In this document: in pieces, positions 29,710-39,640 of the stretch
How positions within the stretch are numbered: position 1 is the stretch's first letter
How the letters are laid out: the number at the start of each line of letters is the position of its first letter
From: Candidatus Poseidoniaceae archaeon
GTDB taxonomy: Archaea; Thermoplasmatota; Poseidoniia; Poseidoniales; Poseidoniaceae
Assembly: GCA_965662895.1 (NCBI GenBank)
Contig: CBFIJH010000002.1
Coordinates: 128,001 to 192,000 of the forward strand
DNA length: 64,000 bases
Reading direction: 5' to 3'
The notes under the pieces: model-generated
The model's input: only the letters and a program-made list of their open reading frames with translations
Database searches by the model: none
What the model was told of the DNA's origin: nothing
Program-made: the position numbers and the translations under genes

Positions 29710-30800
29710 GTTTCCAAAGCATGAACAATCCGTTCAATTTCAGACTCGATTAAACCGTGATGTACCGGAATCGAGACAAGTTGATTCGAAAGGATTTCGG
29801 TGACTGAGAAGTGTTCGTTTGCTTGAGCATGATCAGCATAAACGGGATGTTGGTGGCAAGGGACAGGATAGATTTGTCGAGCATCTATCCCAAATTTCTC
29901 CATGTGTTGGATGAGTGAATGAATGTCTTCGGTTTGTATGCAGTATTGATGCCAAGCGTGCTTGGAAAATGGGCGGATTGCAGGCGATTTTAATTTCGGA
30001 TTTGATTCGAGGATCGCCGTAAACCGAGAAGCAATTGAACGTCGTTTCGCTAACCAGCCATCAAGATGTTTGAGTTGTATGCGACCAATGGCTGCAAATA
30101 CCTCAGACATCCGCATGTTTGTTCCAACTTCTTGAGATTGGAGCGAACCATCCCGGCCATGGTTCACAATGGCGTTGATCCTCGCTCCAATTTCCGCATG
30201 TGCGGAGGTAATCATTCCGCCTTCTCCTCCAACCGCAACATTTTTTGATGGGAAAAATGAGAAGCATGACACTGTTCCGAGTGAACCAGCAATCCTCTTC
30301 TCATCATTCACAAGGATGGACGCACCGTGTGCTTGGGCAGCATCCTCAATCACTGCAATACCGTGTTTTTCACAAAGATCGAGAAGTAAGGTATCGTAAC
30401 ATTGTCCAAAGAGATGAACACCAATGACTGCTTTTGTTTTAGAGGTCAACCTTCTTTCAACATCTTCAACATCAAGACACCAATACTCTGGTTCAACTTC
30501 AGCAAAAATGGGGGTTGCTCCCGTCATGGAAACCGATGTTGCCGTGGCGATAAAAGTTAGAGAAGGCACAATAACCTCGTCACCAGGCCCTACGTCAAGA
30601 AGTCGCAAAGCTGCAATCAACGCACCGGATCCACTGTTGCACGGTGAGGCATATTTGACTCCACAATAGTTTGCAAATTCTTCAGAGAAGGCCTTGCCTT
30701 GCGGCCCTTTGACCCAACGGCCAGAATCCAGTGTATTGATTGCGACCTCTCGCATCTCTTCCGTCCACGTTGGGCGAGCAAGTGGAATACGTTCAGGCAT
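29700..30800 (-). CDS. DegT/DnrJ/EryC1/StrS sugar aminotransferase
   Basis: GPGDEVIVP..TFIAT, IEDAAQAHGA, FSFFPSKN, GEGG. Confidence 0.93.
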   Translation of the reverse strand: MPERIPLARPTWTEEMREVAINTLDSGRWVKGPQGKAFSEEFANYCGVKYASPCNSGSGALIAALRLLDVGPGDEVIVPSLTFIATATSVSMTGATPIFAEVEPEYWCLDVEDVERRLTSKTKAVIGVHLFGQCYDTLLLDLCEKHGIAVIEDAAQAHGASILVNDEKRIAGSLGTVSCFSFFPSKNVAVGGEGGMITSAHAEIGARINAIVNHGRDGSLQSQEVGTNMRMSEVFAAIGRIQLKHLDGWLAKRRSIASRFTAILESNPKLKSPAIRPFSKHAWHQYCIQTEDIHSLIQHMEKFGIDARQIYPVPCHQHPVYADHAQANEHFSVTEILSNQLVSIPVHHGLIESEIERIVHALETYC

Positions 30801-30890
30801 GATTCGGCGAACGATTCAACCTTCAAGAGCATGCGCTTTGACCCACTTGCGCGACGCACAATTCAAGACCTCAACGGCATTTGGTCTGCT

Positions 30891-33272
30891 ATGGTGTCCG
30901 ATGAAGAGCAACCCTCTCCATCAGAACTGGCTTCTTTGGTGAACGATATTCTCGAGCCACCAAGCCCAGCAGAATCCAAGGAGAAATTCAAACCCAAGGG
31001 CATGTTTTTGGGCGAGCGAAGAGACTCTGGAACGCCAATCGATATTCCTCCACAGGTCCTTGCACGCCATGCAGCAATGTTGGGCTCAACAGGTTCGGGA
31101 AAAACTGTTATGGCAAAGGCGTTGATTGAAGAAGCAGCCCTTGCGGGAATTCCCGCATTGATCATCGACCCCCAAGGTGATCTCGCACGACTTGCCCTTG
31201 GAATCGATGAAACCGAACTGCTTGAAAAGAACGGGGACATCGACCGGAAGCGAAACTTGCTTGAAAATTCTGAGGTCCGAATTTGGACTCCCCTTCGGAG
31301 CAAAGGCCTCCCCTTGTGCATTGATCCATTTCGAGCTCCACCAGCAGATCTAGACCCAGAAGAAGCAATTACTGCATGGGATATGGTTGCAGCAGGATTC
31401 ACAAGTTTGGCTGGTTACGATGTTGAAAAAGCGCAAGGCAAGGTTGTGAAACCTTTCCTTTACGAAATTCTCGTTGAAGGTACACGATGCGGCCTCGACG
31501 TTGGTGATTTTCAATCACTTGCCCGAGTCGTTCGTGAGCCACATCAAGAATTTACACGATACCTCTATCCACATTGTTTCGTTGAGGACGATGAAGGCGA
31601 GAAGCTAGACGCTCCGACATGGGACGAGGTCATGTTTGAACATCGCCTCACAAATTTTGAAGAACGGTTGCCGAAAACCACGCGCAACGACTTGGCACGC
31701 CGTCTTGCAGCATTTTCGAGCGGCGTCAACCAACTTTTGTTTTCAAACGGTGTACCCATTGACATCGATTCGTTTGTTGAGCCCGCCATTCCTGGGAAAA
31801 CGCCTCTCAATATTGTTTATTTGAATACCATACAGGATGAAGCACAAAAGCAATATTTTGTTCAAGAGCTTTCTCGAGAATTGTACGATTGGATGTTGAC
31901 ACAACAACCAGCAGAAGGGGAACTCAAACTCCTGTTCTTTATGGATGAAGTCGCACCATACCTCCCCCCACATCCACGAAATCCTCCGGCAAAAGATCTG
32001 ATCAAATTGATATTCAAACAAGCTAGAAAATATGGTGTTGCTTGTGTTTTAGCGACACAGAACGTTTCGGATGTTGATTACAAGATTCTTGCTCAGGCGA
32101 ATACGACCTTCATCGGGCGGTTTACACAGCCGCAAGACGTTGAGAAGGTTCGCCATCTACTCAAAGAAAGCGGGGGCGATCAGGATTTGGTTGCACAACT
32201 TCCAACGCTTGGACCGGGCCAATTCCAAATGGTCGCCCCAGATGTCGACCCTGCACCGGTTCCAATTCAATGCAGATGGCTGTATACTGATCACGGCGCA
32301 CCACTCAATGAAGATCAGGTTGAGGAGGTTATATCTCCGGAAATTCGGGCTTGGGCCAAGTCTCGTTCTGCCGGAAGGAAGGGTAGAGGGACGGGCGCTG
32401 CACATGCAGCAAGCCGGGGCTCGAATTGGTCAAATGGAAGCGATGAAGAAGATTCTGAAAGCATTGTTGAAACAGCGCGAATCCAAGCGATTGGAGGCAT
32501 GACGGCAGCAAGTCGCGGTATCGTTGACGAGTCTGGATTCGAGGTCCGATTGATGGGAGGTCTCTCCGTTCTCAAGGATGGACGTGACCCACTCTACACA
32601 ATGCAAGCCGCGGTAAATGGCGTGTCCGTTATCGCTCTAGGATGGGCGTTTGTTGCACTCCTCGAGGCATGGAGAATCGGCGATATTGGTTGGTTTGGGC
32701 TTGCCTCAAGTGGAATCATCACACTAACCGTTGGCCTGTTTATTTCACTCGAGTTAATCCTGTCACACGATTTGGTTCTTCTTCGGAAACTAGCGAAATT
32801 TGCTCGTTTCTTCCAACTCTTCCTCGTTGCCTGGATTTGGATTCTTTTCACATGGTCAACGTGGGGGTCGCTTGATTTGATGGGGCTCGATCCTTTGTTG
32901 GAGGTTGTTGTGGTTTGGGTGACAATTTTTACCGGCATTGACATCATCAATCGGTTCCAACTTGGAAAGATACGTTGGAATGGAGGCAGTGCGCTCGACA
33001 AGGTGGTTGGATTAACTGCAATACTAACGGATTCACAGATGTCAGAGATGCGCGCCAATTCAACACAAATTTTGGGTGTGTTTCGCTGGGTTCTTCACGG
33101 TTTGACCGTTGTGTGGCTTACCATTCTCATCACCTTTGCAACACCGTTTGAGGACGCACCGAATTGGCTTGAAGAGATGACCAACATGCATCTCTGGCTT
33201 GCATCGCTTTACGCATTAATCTTCTTTAGTGAAGGTTGGTTACGCATCCGGAAACGATATGTGGAGCAATAA
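30891..33272 (+). CDS. HerA/FtsK-like (DUF87) ATPase with C-terminal multi-TM domain
   Basis: RHAAMLGSTGSGKT, IIDPQGD, FFMDEV, QARKYGV...ATQ; about 6 TM helices at the C-terminus; start 30831 or 30891. Confidence 0.85.
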   Translation: MVSDEEQPSPSELASLVNDILEPPSPAESKEKFKPKGMFLGERRDSGTPIDIPPQVLARHAAMLGSTGSGKTVMAKALIEEAALAGIPALIIDPQGDLARLALGIDETELLEKNGDIDRKRNLLENSEVRIWTPLRSKGLPLCIDPFRAPPADLDPEEAITAWDMVAAGFTSLAGYDVEKAQGKVVKPFLYEILVEGTRCGLDVGDFQSLARVVREPHQEFTRYLYPHCFVEDDEGEKLDAPTWDEVMFEHRLTNFEERLPKTTRNDLARRLAAFSSGVNQLLFSNGVPIDIDSFVEPAIPGKTPLNIVYLNTIQDEAQKQYFVQELSRELYDWMLTQQPAEGELKLLFFMDEVAPYLPPHPRNPPAKDLIKLIFKQARKYGVACVLATQNVSDVDYKILAQANTTFIGRFTQPQDVEKVRHLLKESGGDQDLVAQLPTLGPGQFQMVAPDVDPAPVPIQCRWLYTDHGAPLNEDQVEEVISPEIRAWAKSRSAGRKGRGTGAAHAASRGSNWSNGSDEEDSESIVETARIQAIGGMTAASRGIVDESGFEVRLMGGLSVLKDGRDPLYTMQAAVNGVSVIALGWAFVALLEAWRIGDIGWFGLASSGIITLTVGLFISLELILSHDLVLLRKLAKFARFFQLFLVAWIWILFTWSTWGSLDLMGLDPLLEVVVVWVTIFTGIDIINRFQLGKIRWNGGSALDKVVGLTAILTDSQMSEMRANSTQILGVFRWVLHGLTVVWLTILITFATPFEDAPNWLEEMTNMHLWLASLYALIFFSEGWLRIRKRYVEQ

Positions 33273-33289
33273 CCTTCTTTCAAACCACT

Positions 33290-34633
33290 TTACAGCAGAA
33301 TATTGACCATTGCTCCTAGATAGTAGGCAAAACAGAAGATTGTAAAATAAGAAACAACCAGTATTGTTGAATCGTTGCATTTTTGCGGTGCAGAGAAATC
33401 GTTGTCTTTGTTCTTGAGAAGTATGACAGCCCAATAAATCCAGAACGCCCACATCACAGAAGCAAACGTCAATTGGATTGCACCTATTGTATTGAACACT
33501 GAATTTTTCCTCCACATTCTGTGAATGAGAATAAGGAAGAAACTGAGGCCACTTAAGCCAATGAGTCGTTTTGGATAAGGCAACGCCCAGGGAATGAGCA
33601 GTGAGAAAATCATGAGATGGTATCCATAGTGAATCTTTGAGTAAAAGATGAAGATCCATAATATGCAGAGCGTAAATGCAGGAAGAATTTCAATTTTCTT
33701 CATCAATGCAGCACCCCATGTCAGCACAATCATTGAGACAAAAAGAATGTGAAGATATGTGCTTGGAATGTAAACCACGTACTCGCCCAAAAATCGCCAA
33801 AACGACATACCTCGTTGATCAATGTCCGACACAGTTTCAGACAACTGAGCTCCGGATGCAGGTTGTTGACCGGTCAAGTAAAAATTGAGGAATTGGAGGA
33901 ATTCTTCGGTAGCATACATCAAAAACGGTAAGGTAACAACGATGCCGATTCCTAATCCCATGGTTGTGGCAAGAAATCGCTTTTTCCAAGTTTTTGGGCC
34001 TATAGCTGCAAGCGGAGCACAGAGAGCTGGAAACAATTTTGTCATTGCACCAAATCCGAACACAGCAGATGCTTTGTACCAACTTTTTCGAATCATGAAG
34101 AGAAATGCAAGGAGAAGAAAGTTGACAATAATTGCATCATCTTGCATCATCATGATGGATGTATAATGAGAAAATGGTGAAGCGATGTAAAAAATCGATC
34201 CTGCTAAAGCATATTGTTTCTCGAAAAAGGAATTTAGAATATGGTACAAAATCACTGAAGACGAGAAAATAAACACGGCAAACCACATTGTCCAGATAAG
34301 CGCGGTATTCCCAAGTAAAACTGCAGGCACGAACAAATAATTGATCAATGGAGGCGACAGAGTGACGTGTTCCGTATCACTGTAGAGCATTTCTCCGTCA
34401 AGAATCGTTTCTGCACGATCTCTGAAAATGTCCAAATCTTTGTGTTCAAATCGGCCATCATCATCATTAATTTCGTATCCAATAAGCATTGGAGCAGCCA
34501 TGACGAACGTCAAGAAAAACAACAACACGTAGATTCTTTTCGTCGAAAAGGTTTCCATCTTTTTGAACAATAAAATGAATTTATTGTTAAGCGAGTGGAC
34601 CGAATCACGAACCTTTCCGGATGAATTTGACAT
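33290..34633 (-). CDS. GT-C fold polytopic glycosyltransferase (GT87-like)
   Basis: About 11 TM helices; DL.IF, PPL..YLF, Q.DD, TKLFP. Confidence 0.7.
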   Translation of the reverse strand: MSNSSGKVRDSVHSLNNKFILLFKKMETFSTKRIYVLLFFLTFVMAAPMLIGYEINDDDGRFEHKDLDIFRDRAETILDGEMLYSDTEHVTLSPPLINYLFVPAVLLGNTALIWTMWFAVFIFSSSVILYHILNSFFEKQYALAGSIFYIASPFSHYTSIMMMQDDAIIVNFLLLAFLFMIRKSWYKASAVFGFGAMTKLFPALCAPLAAIGPKTWKKRFLATTMGLGIGIVVTLPFLMYATEEFLQFLNFYLTGQQPASGAQLSETVSDIDQRGMSFWRFLGEYVVYIPSTYLHILFVSMIVLTWGAALMKKIEILPAFTLCILWIFIFYSKIHYGYHLMIFSLLIPWALPYPKRLIGLSGLSFFLILIHRMWRKNSVFNTIGAIQLTFASVMWAFWIYWAVILLKNKDNDFSAPQKCNDSTILVVSYFTIFCFAYYLGAMVNILL

Positions 34634-34721
34634 GCTGCTTACTCAAATTGCGTCGTTGAAATGCGACATATATATGTTCGGGAATGAATATCTATTTTAC
34701 CACCACCACGCAGGGTTGCAC

Positions 34722-35657
34722 ATGAGTACCGAGGCGTTGGAACTCTCAATCATCGTTCCAGTTCTTGATGAGGAGGAGAATTTGATTCCACTCGTTGAAG
34801 AAATTAAATCAACATTGGAAAACACTGCCTATGAGATCATATTCATCGACGACGGTTCGTCTGACAATTCGCTTGAGGTCATGATGGGCTTGAAGGAATC
34901 AGAGGGAAATGTCCGGGTCATCAAACACCGTCGAAATTTCGGTAAAGCGGTCGCCTTGAAAACTGGGTTTGCAGCAGCGAGCGGAAAGATTTCCATTACA
35001 ATGGACGGAGATTTGCAAGACAATCCAGCGGAAATTCCTCGGTTCATCGAGGAAATTGAGAACGGCAATGACATCGTTTGTGGTTGGAGGGCGAAACGGC
35101 GTGATAATATCCTCAAACGTTGGCCATCAAAACTCTACAATCGTCTTGTACGTATGATGTGCGGAATCAAGATTCATGATATGAATTGCGGATTCAAGGC
35201 TTACGACACCGACTTGGCAAAATCACTCAATTTGTATGGTGATATGCATCGCTATACCCCTGTTCTTGGGAAAATGAACGGTGCAACGATTACTGAAATT
35301 GCCATCAACCACCGACCTCGCTTACATGGAAAATCAAAATATGGAACAAAGCGACTTGCTCGTGGCTTCTTTGATTTGATTACAATATCGTTCCTCATGG
35401 CGTTTCTTGAGCGACCGATGCACTTGTTTGGGAAGGTAGGAGGATTTCTATCAACAGTGGGACTTGCAGTCTGCAGTTACCTTGTTGTCATCAAGTATGC
35501 CTACGATGAGGGGATTGGCGATCGACCATTGCTCTCGCTCGGGGTTTTACTAATTATCATCGGCGTCCAATTTTTCCTTCTCGGTTTGTTGGGTGAGACA
35601 ATCACCTATCGGGCGAGTGAGAACAACACAAACACATCATCGAGCAAGGAGCTTTAA
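34722..35657 (+). CDS. GT2 polyprenol-phosphate glycosyltransferase (DPM/ArnC/GtrB-like)
   Basis: SIIVPVLDEEEN, IDDGSSD, NFGKA.A, MDGDLQD.P, D.NCGFKAY, two C-terminal TM helices. Confidence 0.92.
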   Translation: MSTEALELSIIVPVLDEEENLIPLVEEIKSTLENTAYEIIFIDDGSSDNSLEVMMGLKESEGNVRVIKHRRNFGKAVALKTGFAAASGKISITMDGDLQDNPAEIPRFIEEIENGNDIVCGWRAKRRDNILKRWPSKLYNRLVRMMCGIKIHDMNCGFKAYDTDLAKSLNLYGDMHRYTPVLGKMNGATITEIAINHRPRLHGKSKYGTKRLARGFFDLITISFLMAFLERPMHLFGKVGGFLSTVGLAVCSYLVVIKYAYDEGIGDRPLLSLGVLLIIIGVQFFLLGLLGETITYRASENNTNTSSSKEL

Positions 35658-36590
35658 TCACTCTTCTTCCAGTTCTTCTGGCGACATCATTGTCAAGCCA
35701 AGAACAAAGACAATGATTTCGACAAGGACGTTTAACGTTCTTGAAAGGACCGCAACAATACCTGCAATCCCTCCGCTCAAAAACAGTGACAAGTTGAACG
35801 TGAAAACGCCTTCTCGAGCCCCGAGACCTGCAGGTAAGAAGAACGCAAAAAAACCAACCAACCAAGCGATCGAGAAAGATCCAATGAGTAACGTAAGAGA
35901 AGCATCCACACCAAGCCCCAAGAGAATGAATTGATGTGCAAGTCCCCACAGAACCCAAGAAACGATCATGAGGAAAAGGGCGATACTGTAGTACTTTCTT
36001 GTCATCGACGTATCATGATTCCATTCGCCTCTTCCCAGAATAGAAAACGGTTTCCGGACGATTGCCTGCGTAAACTTTGGACTCATTATTGGTAAGAGAC
36101 TTGCAAGGCCAACGCAGACCAGAATCCACTTTGTTGATGTTGGAATTCCTTCCAAATGGAGCAAGAAAAGTCCTGCAATCACTGCGGATGATACACTGAT
36201 AATCAATTCCCAAACGAAGGATTCGAGTACGACTTTGCTTCCATATCTTCGAGCAACGTAGGCTCTCCCTGCAATGAGACTTATTTTTCCAGGAACATAT
36301 TTTGCAACGTTTGTTGTCCACCAAATACCAAAACAGAGTCGGTATGGGACGTCTGCTCCACTTCCCAACATCAAAAATTTCCAAACAATTGGGCTCAGAA
36401 TCAATACGCCAAAAATGCAAACAATCGACATAAAGATGATCGGTTTTGCATCAAAGAGCGTGTCAAGTATGTTGATGTTGCTCGATTCAATCTGTTGATG
36501 AATGAACCAAAATGAAAGTATGACAATCAAAACAGTTAGTATTCTCCCAAGCAATTGGGCGGAAGAAGTTGATGCAGTGTCACTTTTCAT
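35658..36590 (-). CDS. lysylphosphatidylglycerol-synthase-TM / flippase-like membrane protein
   Basis: KYVPGK and PAGLGAREG motifs; about 8 TM helices. Confidence 0.82.
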   Translation of the reverse strand: MKSDTASTSSAQLLGRILTVLIVILSFWFIHQQIESSNINILDTLFDAKPIIFMSIVCIFGVLILSPIVWKFLMLGSGADVPYRLCFGIWWTTNVAKYVPGKISLIAGRAYVARRYGSKVVLESFVWELIISVSSAVIAGLFLLHLEGIPTSTKWILVCVGLASLLPIMSPKFTQAIVRKPFSILGRGEWNHDTSMTRKYYSIALFLMIVSWVLWGLAHQFILLGLGVDASLTLLIGSFSIAWLVGFFAFFLPAGLGAREGVFTFNLSLFLSGGIAGIVAVLSRTLNVLVEIIVFVLGLTMMSPEELEEE

Positions 36591-37804
36591 TCAACCACAC
36601 CATACCATTGCTTCATCGTATTCGACAACGATTCATCGGTGTATTTCTGATCGATTTCTGTACGAGCATTATGCACCAATTCGTCGCGATATTCAGAATT
36701 CTCAAGAATCCTGACCATTGCATTTTGCAAAGCATTGACGTCGTTTTCAGGAACGATGAGTCCGGTCTTCTCATGAATGATCGTCTCCGCAATTCCTCCA
36801 CAATCCGTTCCAATAACAGGGATGCCTGCAATCATTGCCTCGAGAACAACAAGTCCGAGCCCTTCTTTCTCACCAAGTGCAGTCGTCTTTGAAGGCAATA
36901 CGAACAATTCAGCCTGATTGTAAAACTCTTTGAGTTCGCCTCGAGGCTTCGAGCCGTGAAATTCGATACGATGATCAATTCCATTTTTCTGCGACAAGGC
37001 TGTCAATCGTTGACGTTCAGGACCGTCGCCAACAATGTCGAGTTTCCATTCTTTGAATTCATCATGTTGCAACAATTTGCTAAAGGCATTGATGAGGACA
37101 TCGACCCCCTTGACCTCCATTAATCGGCCAACAAAGAGGATGCGCTTTGTTTCTTTAGGCGTCGTGAGAGGTTCTTGGCGAAAATCCTCAAGCCCGAAGA
37201 CCATAGGCAATACGAGCCCTTTTCCACGAGATTGTCCATAGTGATTGGTGACGATTTCCTGCAGTGCTTCGGAGACAAAGTGAAGTTTTTTGGCAGAATG
37301 AATCGATTTCTGAGCGAGCCGTTTTGCAATTTTCATTTTATTGATAAGAAAAACATCTGTTCCATGCATTGATATCCATAGATTCGATTGATTCACCATT
37401 GCCTTCTTTGTGATGTAAGCGCCAGGAATCAACCAGTGTGCATGAACAATGGTTGGTTTCAGTTCTTTGATGAGTTTCCTCGTCGCCTTTCTCCACTTTC
37501 GAAGAAAGGAATAAAACAAGAACGCCTTGAATATTGAACGCTTCACCTGTTTATGCATATCGCCCTGGTAGGCGAGCGTTTGTTTGTGTTCTCGTGCATA
37601 TCGGAACCGCCGAATTTCGATGCCATCGATCGTTTCAGTTAACGGTAGGCCGGGGGCGTGTGGGCAATGGACGACAACACGTGCAAAGCCGGAACAAACC
37701 TTCGCCAATTCATGCATAAATGGCGCAACATGGTCGTCTTTGTATCGTGGATAAACGTGGGTGTTGAAGAGGATGATTGGCTCTGACTCCATCGTATCAT
37801 CCAT
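36587..37804 (-). CDS. GT4 family glycosyltransferase
   Basis: HAHW..P, FVGRL..VKG, EGLGLVVLEAM..G.PVI. Confidence 0.92.
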   Translation of the reverse strand: MDDTMESEPIILFNTHVYPRYKDDHVAPFMHELAKVCSGFARVVVHCPHAPGLPLTETIDGIEIRRFRYAREHKQTLAYQGDMHKQVKRSIFKAFLFYSFLRKWRKATRKLIKELKPTIVHAHWLIPGAYITKKAMVNQSNLWISMHGTDVFLINKMKIAKRLAQKSIHSAKKLHFVSEALQEIVTNHYGQSRGKGLVLPMVFGLEDFRQEPLTTPKETKRILFVGRLMEVKGVDVLINAFSKLLQHDEFKEWKLDIVGDGPERQRLTALSQKNGIDHRIEFHGSKPRGELKEFYNQAELFVLPSKTTALGEKEGLGLVVLEAMIAGIPVIGTDCGGIAETIIHEKTGLIVPENDVNALQNAMVRILENSEYRDELVHNARTEIDQKYTDESLSNTMKQWYGVVE

Positions 37805-37928
37805 ACGCTTGCCTTTTGTTCATCACTTATTATTGATGTCCAATTCTATGTCTCGTTCAGATGGTGTTCAGACTTCGCCAAGCGTTTTCAAGATATATGC
37901 TGATAACCAACAACCTTCACCTTGAGAC

Positions 37929-38600
37929 ATGGTGGACGACGAATTCATACCACTTGATTGGACGGAGGTCTCAGAAGATGAGATGAACGACCGGTCTGAG
38001 GCGTTGTTGAATGGAATGAGAAAGCGACGCACGACTCGACATTTCTCAAACCGGAAGGTATCAAAACAGTTGATTGAGAGAGCCATTCTGTGTGGAGGAA
38101 CTGCTCCAAGCGGAGCTCATCTCCAGCCATGGACATTCGTAGCAATCTCGCAACAAGAATTGAAGCAAAAAATTCGGGAAGCGGCTGAGGCTGAGGAACG
38201 AAAAACCTACCAAGATCGCATGCCTGACGCTTGGAGAGAAGTGCTTCAACCTCTTGGAACAGATGCTGTCAAAGAGCATCTCACAGAGGCACCATGGGTT
38301 GTCGTTCTTTTCCGTCAATCGAAACGCCTTCGACCAAACGGAGAATGGGGTCCAACCTACTACAGCAATGAAAGCTGCGGGATTGCAGCGGGAATGTTCA
38401 TTTACGCAATTCACAACATGGGTTTGGTAACGTTAACGCACACACCATCACCAATGGGATTCCTAAGAGAAATCCTCAACCGGCCAGACCATGAACATGC
38501 CATGCTCGTTTTGCCTGTAGGATACCCAGCAGAAGATGCAAAAGTACCAAATTTACAACGAAAGACACTAAATGACATTGCCGTATTCTTTGAAGAATGA
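37929..38600 (+). CDS. nitroreductase family, iodotyrosine-deiodinase-like
   Basis: RRTTRHFS, GTAPSGAH.QPWTFV, EAEE...Y..RM...W...L..LGT...K..L..AP, LTHTP. Confidence 0.85.
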   Translation: MVDDEFIPLDWTEVSEDEMNDRSEALLNGMRKRRTTRHFSNRKVSKQLIERAILCGGTAPSGAHLQPWTFVAISQQELKQKIREAAEAEERKTYQDRMPDAWREVLQPLGTDAVKEHLTEAPWVVVLFRQSKRLRPNGEWGPTYYSNESCGIAAGMFIYAIHNMGLVTLTHTPSPMGFLREILNRPDHEHAMLVLPVGYPAEDAKVPNLQRKTLNDIAVFFEE

Positions 38601-39362
38601 TTACTTGCGAAGCCCGCCTCGTGCCCACTGGGTGTCGACCTCCAGTTCAGGGTGGTAGTGCGACCGTCGCACTGCTTGTCGATGTTGTTGGGCCTCATTT
38701 GTCGCTATGTCATCCGGACTGTTCCGCTTCTTGTGCCAACGCTGTACGAGGAGGCTGACAATGACGCTTGGAATGACAAGAAGTGGGGCGAGTGAAGATT
38801 CCAAGTCGAGATATTCCATTGGCAGGTCGAGAACAATACACACGCCCACATACAGTCCGATCGAGGCAAGCAGCGCTGCTACAATCGGAGGCAGAATATG
38901 TCGAAACGACATGCCAACAAAGAAGGCGATGATCGCCGTGATCCCAGGGAGAAATTCGCCTCGCTCGGGATTGATACCGTAATTCTTCAACAACTGAATT
39001 CCATTGGAGATGACGATGAACACGAATCCTGTGGCAAGCAGACGAATGGACATGGATGTAATCATGACGGCGATGATGGCGAATGCCATTGCAGCAAACA
39101 GCTGGAACCGGTCGAGTGAAATGACGAGGCCTAGTTCCAGTGCAAAAGAATAGAGCGTACTTGCAGAGAGATATCCAATAGCAGCACCGGCAATGGCTGT
39201 AATCAAGCTCAATCTTCGATAGCCTTGAACGAACAGATAAAGCGACAGAATAATGATTGGAATCGCTGTAACATATCCCCCTTCAACAATCTGCGTGATA
39301 ACAGTATCACGAATTTCATCGACATCAGGGGTATCATCCGCCACGGCGATCGGTCTATCCAT
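38601..39362 (-). CDS. polytopic membrane protein
   Basis: About 7 hydrophobic segments. Confidence 0.7.
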   Translation of the reverse strand: MDRPIAVADDTPDVDEIRDTVITQIVEGGYVTAIPIIILSLYLFVQGYRRLSLITAIAGAAIGYLSASTLYSFALELGLVISLDRFQLFAAMAFAIIAVMITSMSIRLLATGFVFIVISNGIQLLKNYGINPERGEFLPGITAIIAFFVGMSFRHILPPIVAALLASIGLYVGVCIVLDLPMEYLDLESSLAPLLVIPSVIVSLLVQRWHKKRNSPDDIATNEAQQHRQAVRRSHYHPELEVDTQWARGGLRK

Positions 39363-39394
39363 AACAAAATAGAATGTCAACTTGTTGGATGATG

Positions 39395-39481
39395 TGGTGC
39401 AGAGGGCAGGATTCGAACCTGCGAACCGTTACGGACTGGGACCTCATCCCAGCGCCTTTGACCAAGCTGGGCGACCCCTGC
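39395..39481 (-). tRNA. tRNA-Leu(GAG), CCA encoded
   Basis: GCAGGGG/CTCTGC-ACCA acceptor, anticodon arm CTGGG-ATGAGGT-CCCAG, long variable arm, GGTTCGAATCC T-arm. Confidence 0.95.
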
Positions 39482-39564
39482 AGCAATCACAACTGCCACA
39501 CTCGCGTATATCAAAACCACGACGCGTTCAAATGACGAGAATTGCGATGTCGGTAATCAATAGG

Positions 39565-39597
39565 TCTCAATAGAACATAGGACTTTCCGAAGTATCT
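39565..39597 (+). promoter_or_regulatory. shared upstream motif, copy 1 (TCTCAATAGA-N10-TTCCGAAGTATCT)
   Basis: 20 of 23 non-spacer positions identical to copy 2 at 43138-43170(-), same 10-nt spacer. Confidence 0.6.
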
Positions 39598-39640
39598 GGC
39601 TATGTATCTTGAATGTCTGAGACAGCACGAGAGGCTATTT

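Noticed and set aside
30891-33272. HerA-based defence system or HerA-NurA repair operon
   Set aside because: No SIR2, nuclease, nurA, mre11 or rad50 gene is adjacent.
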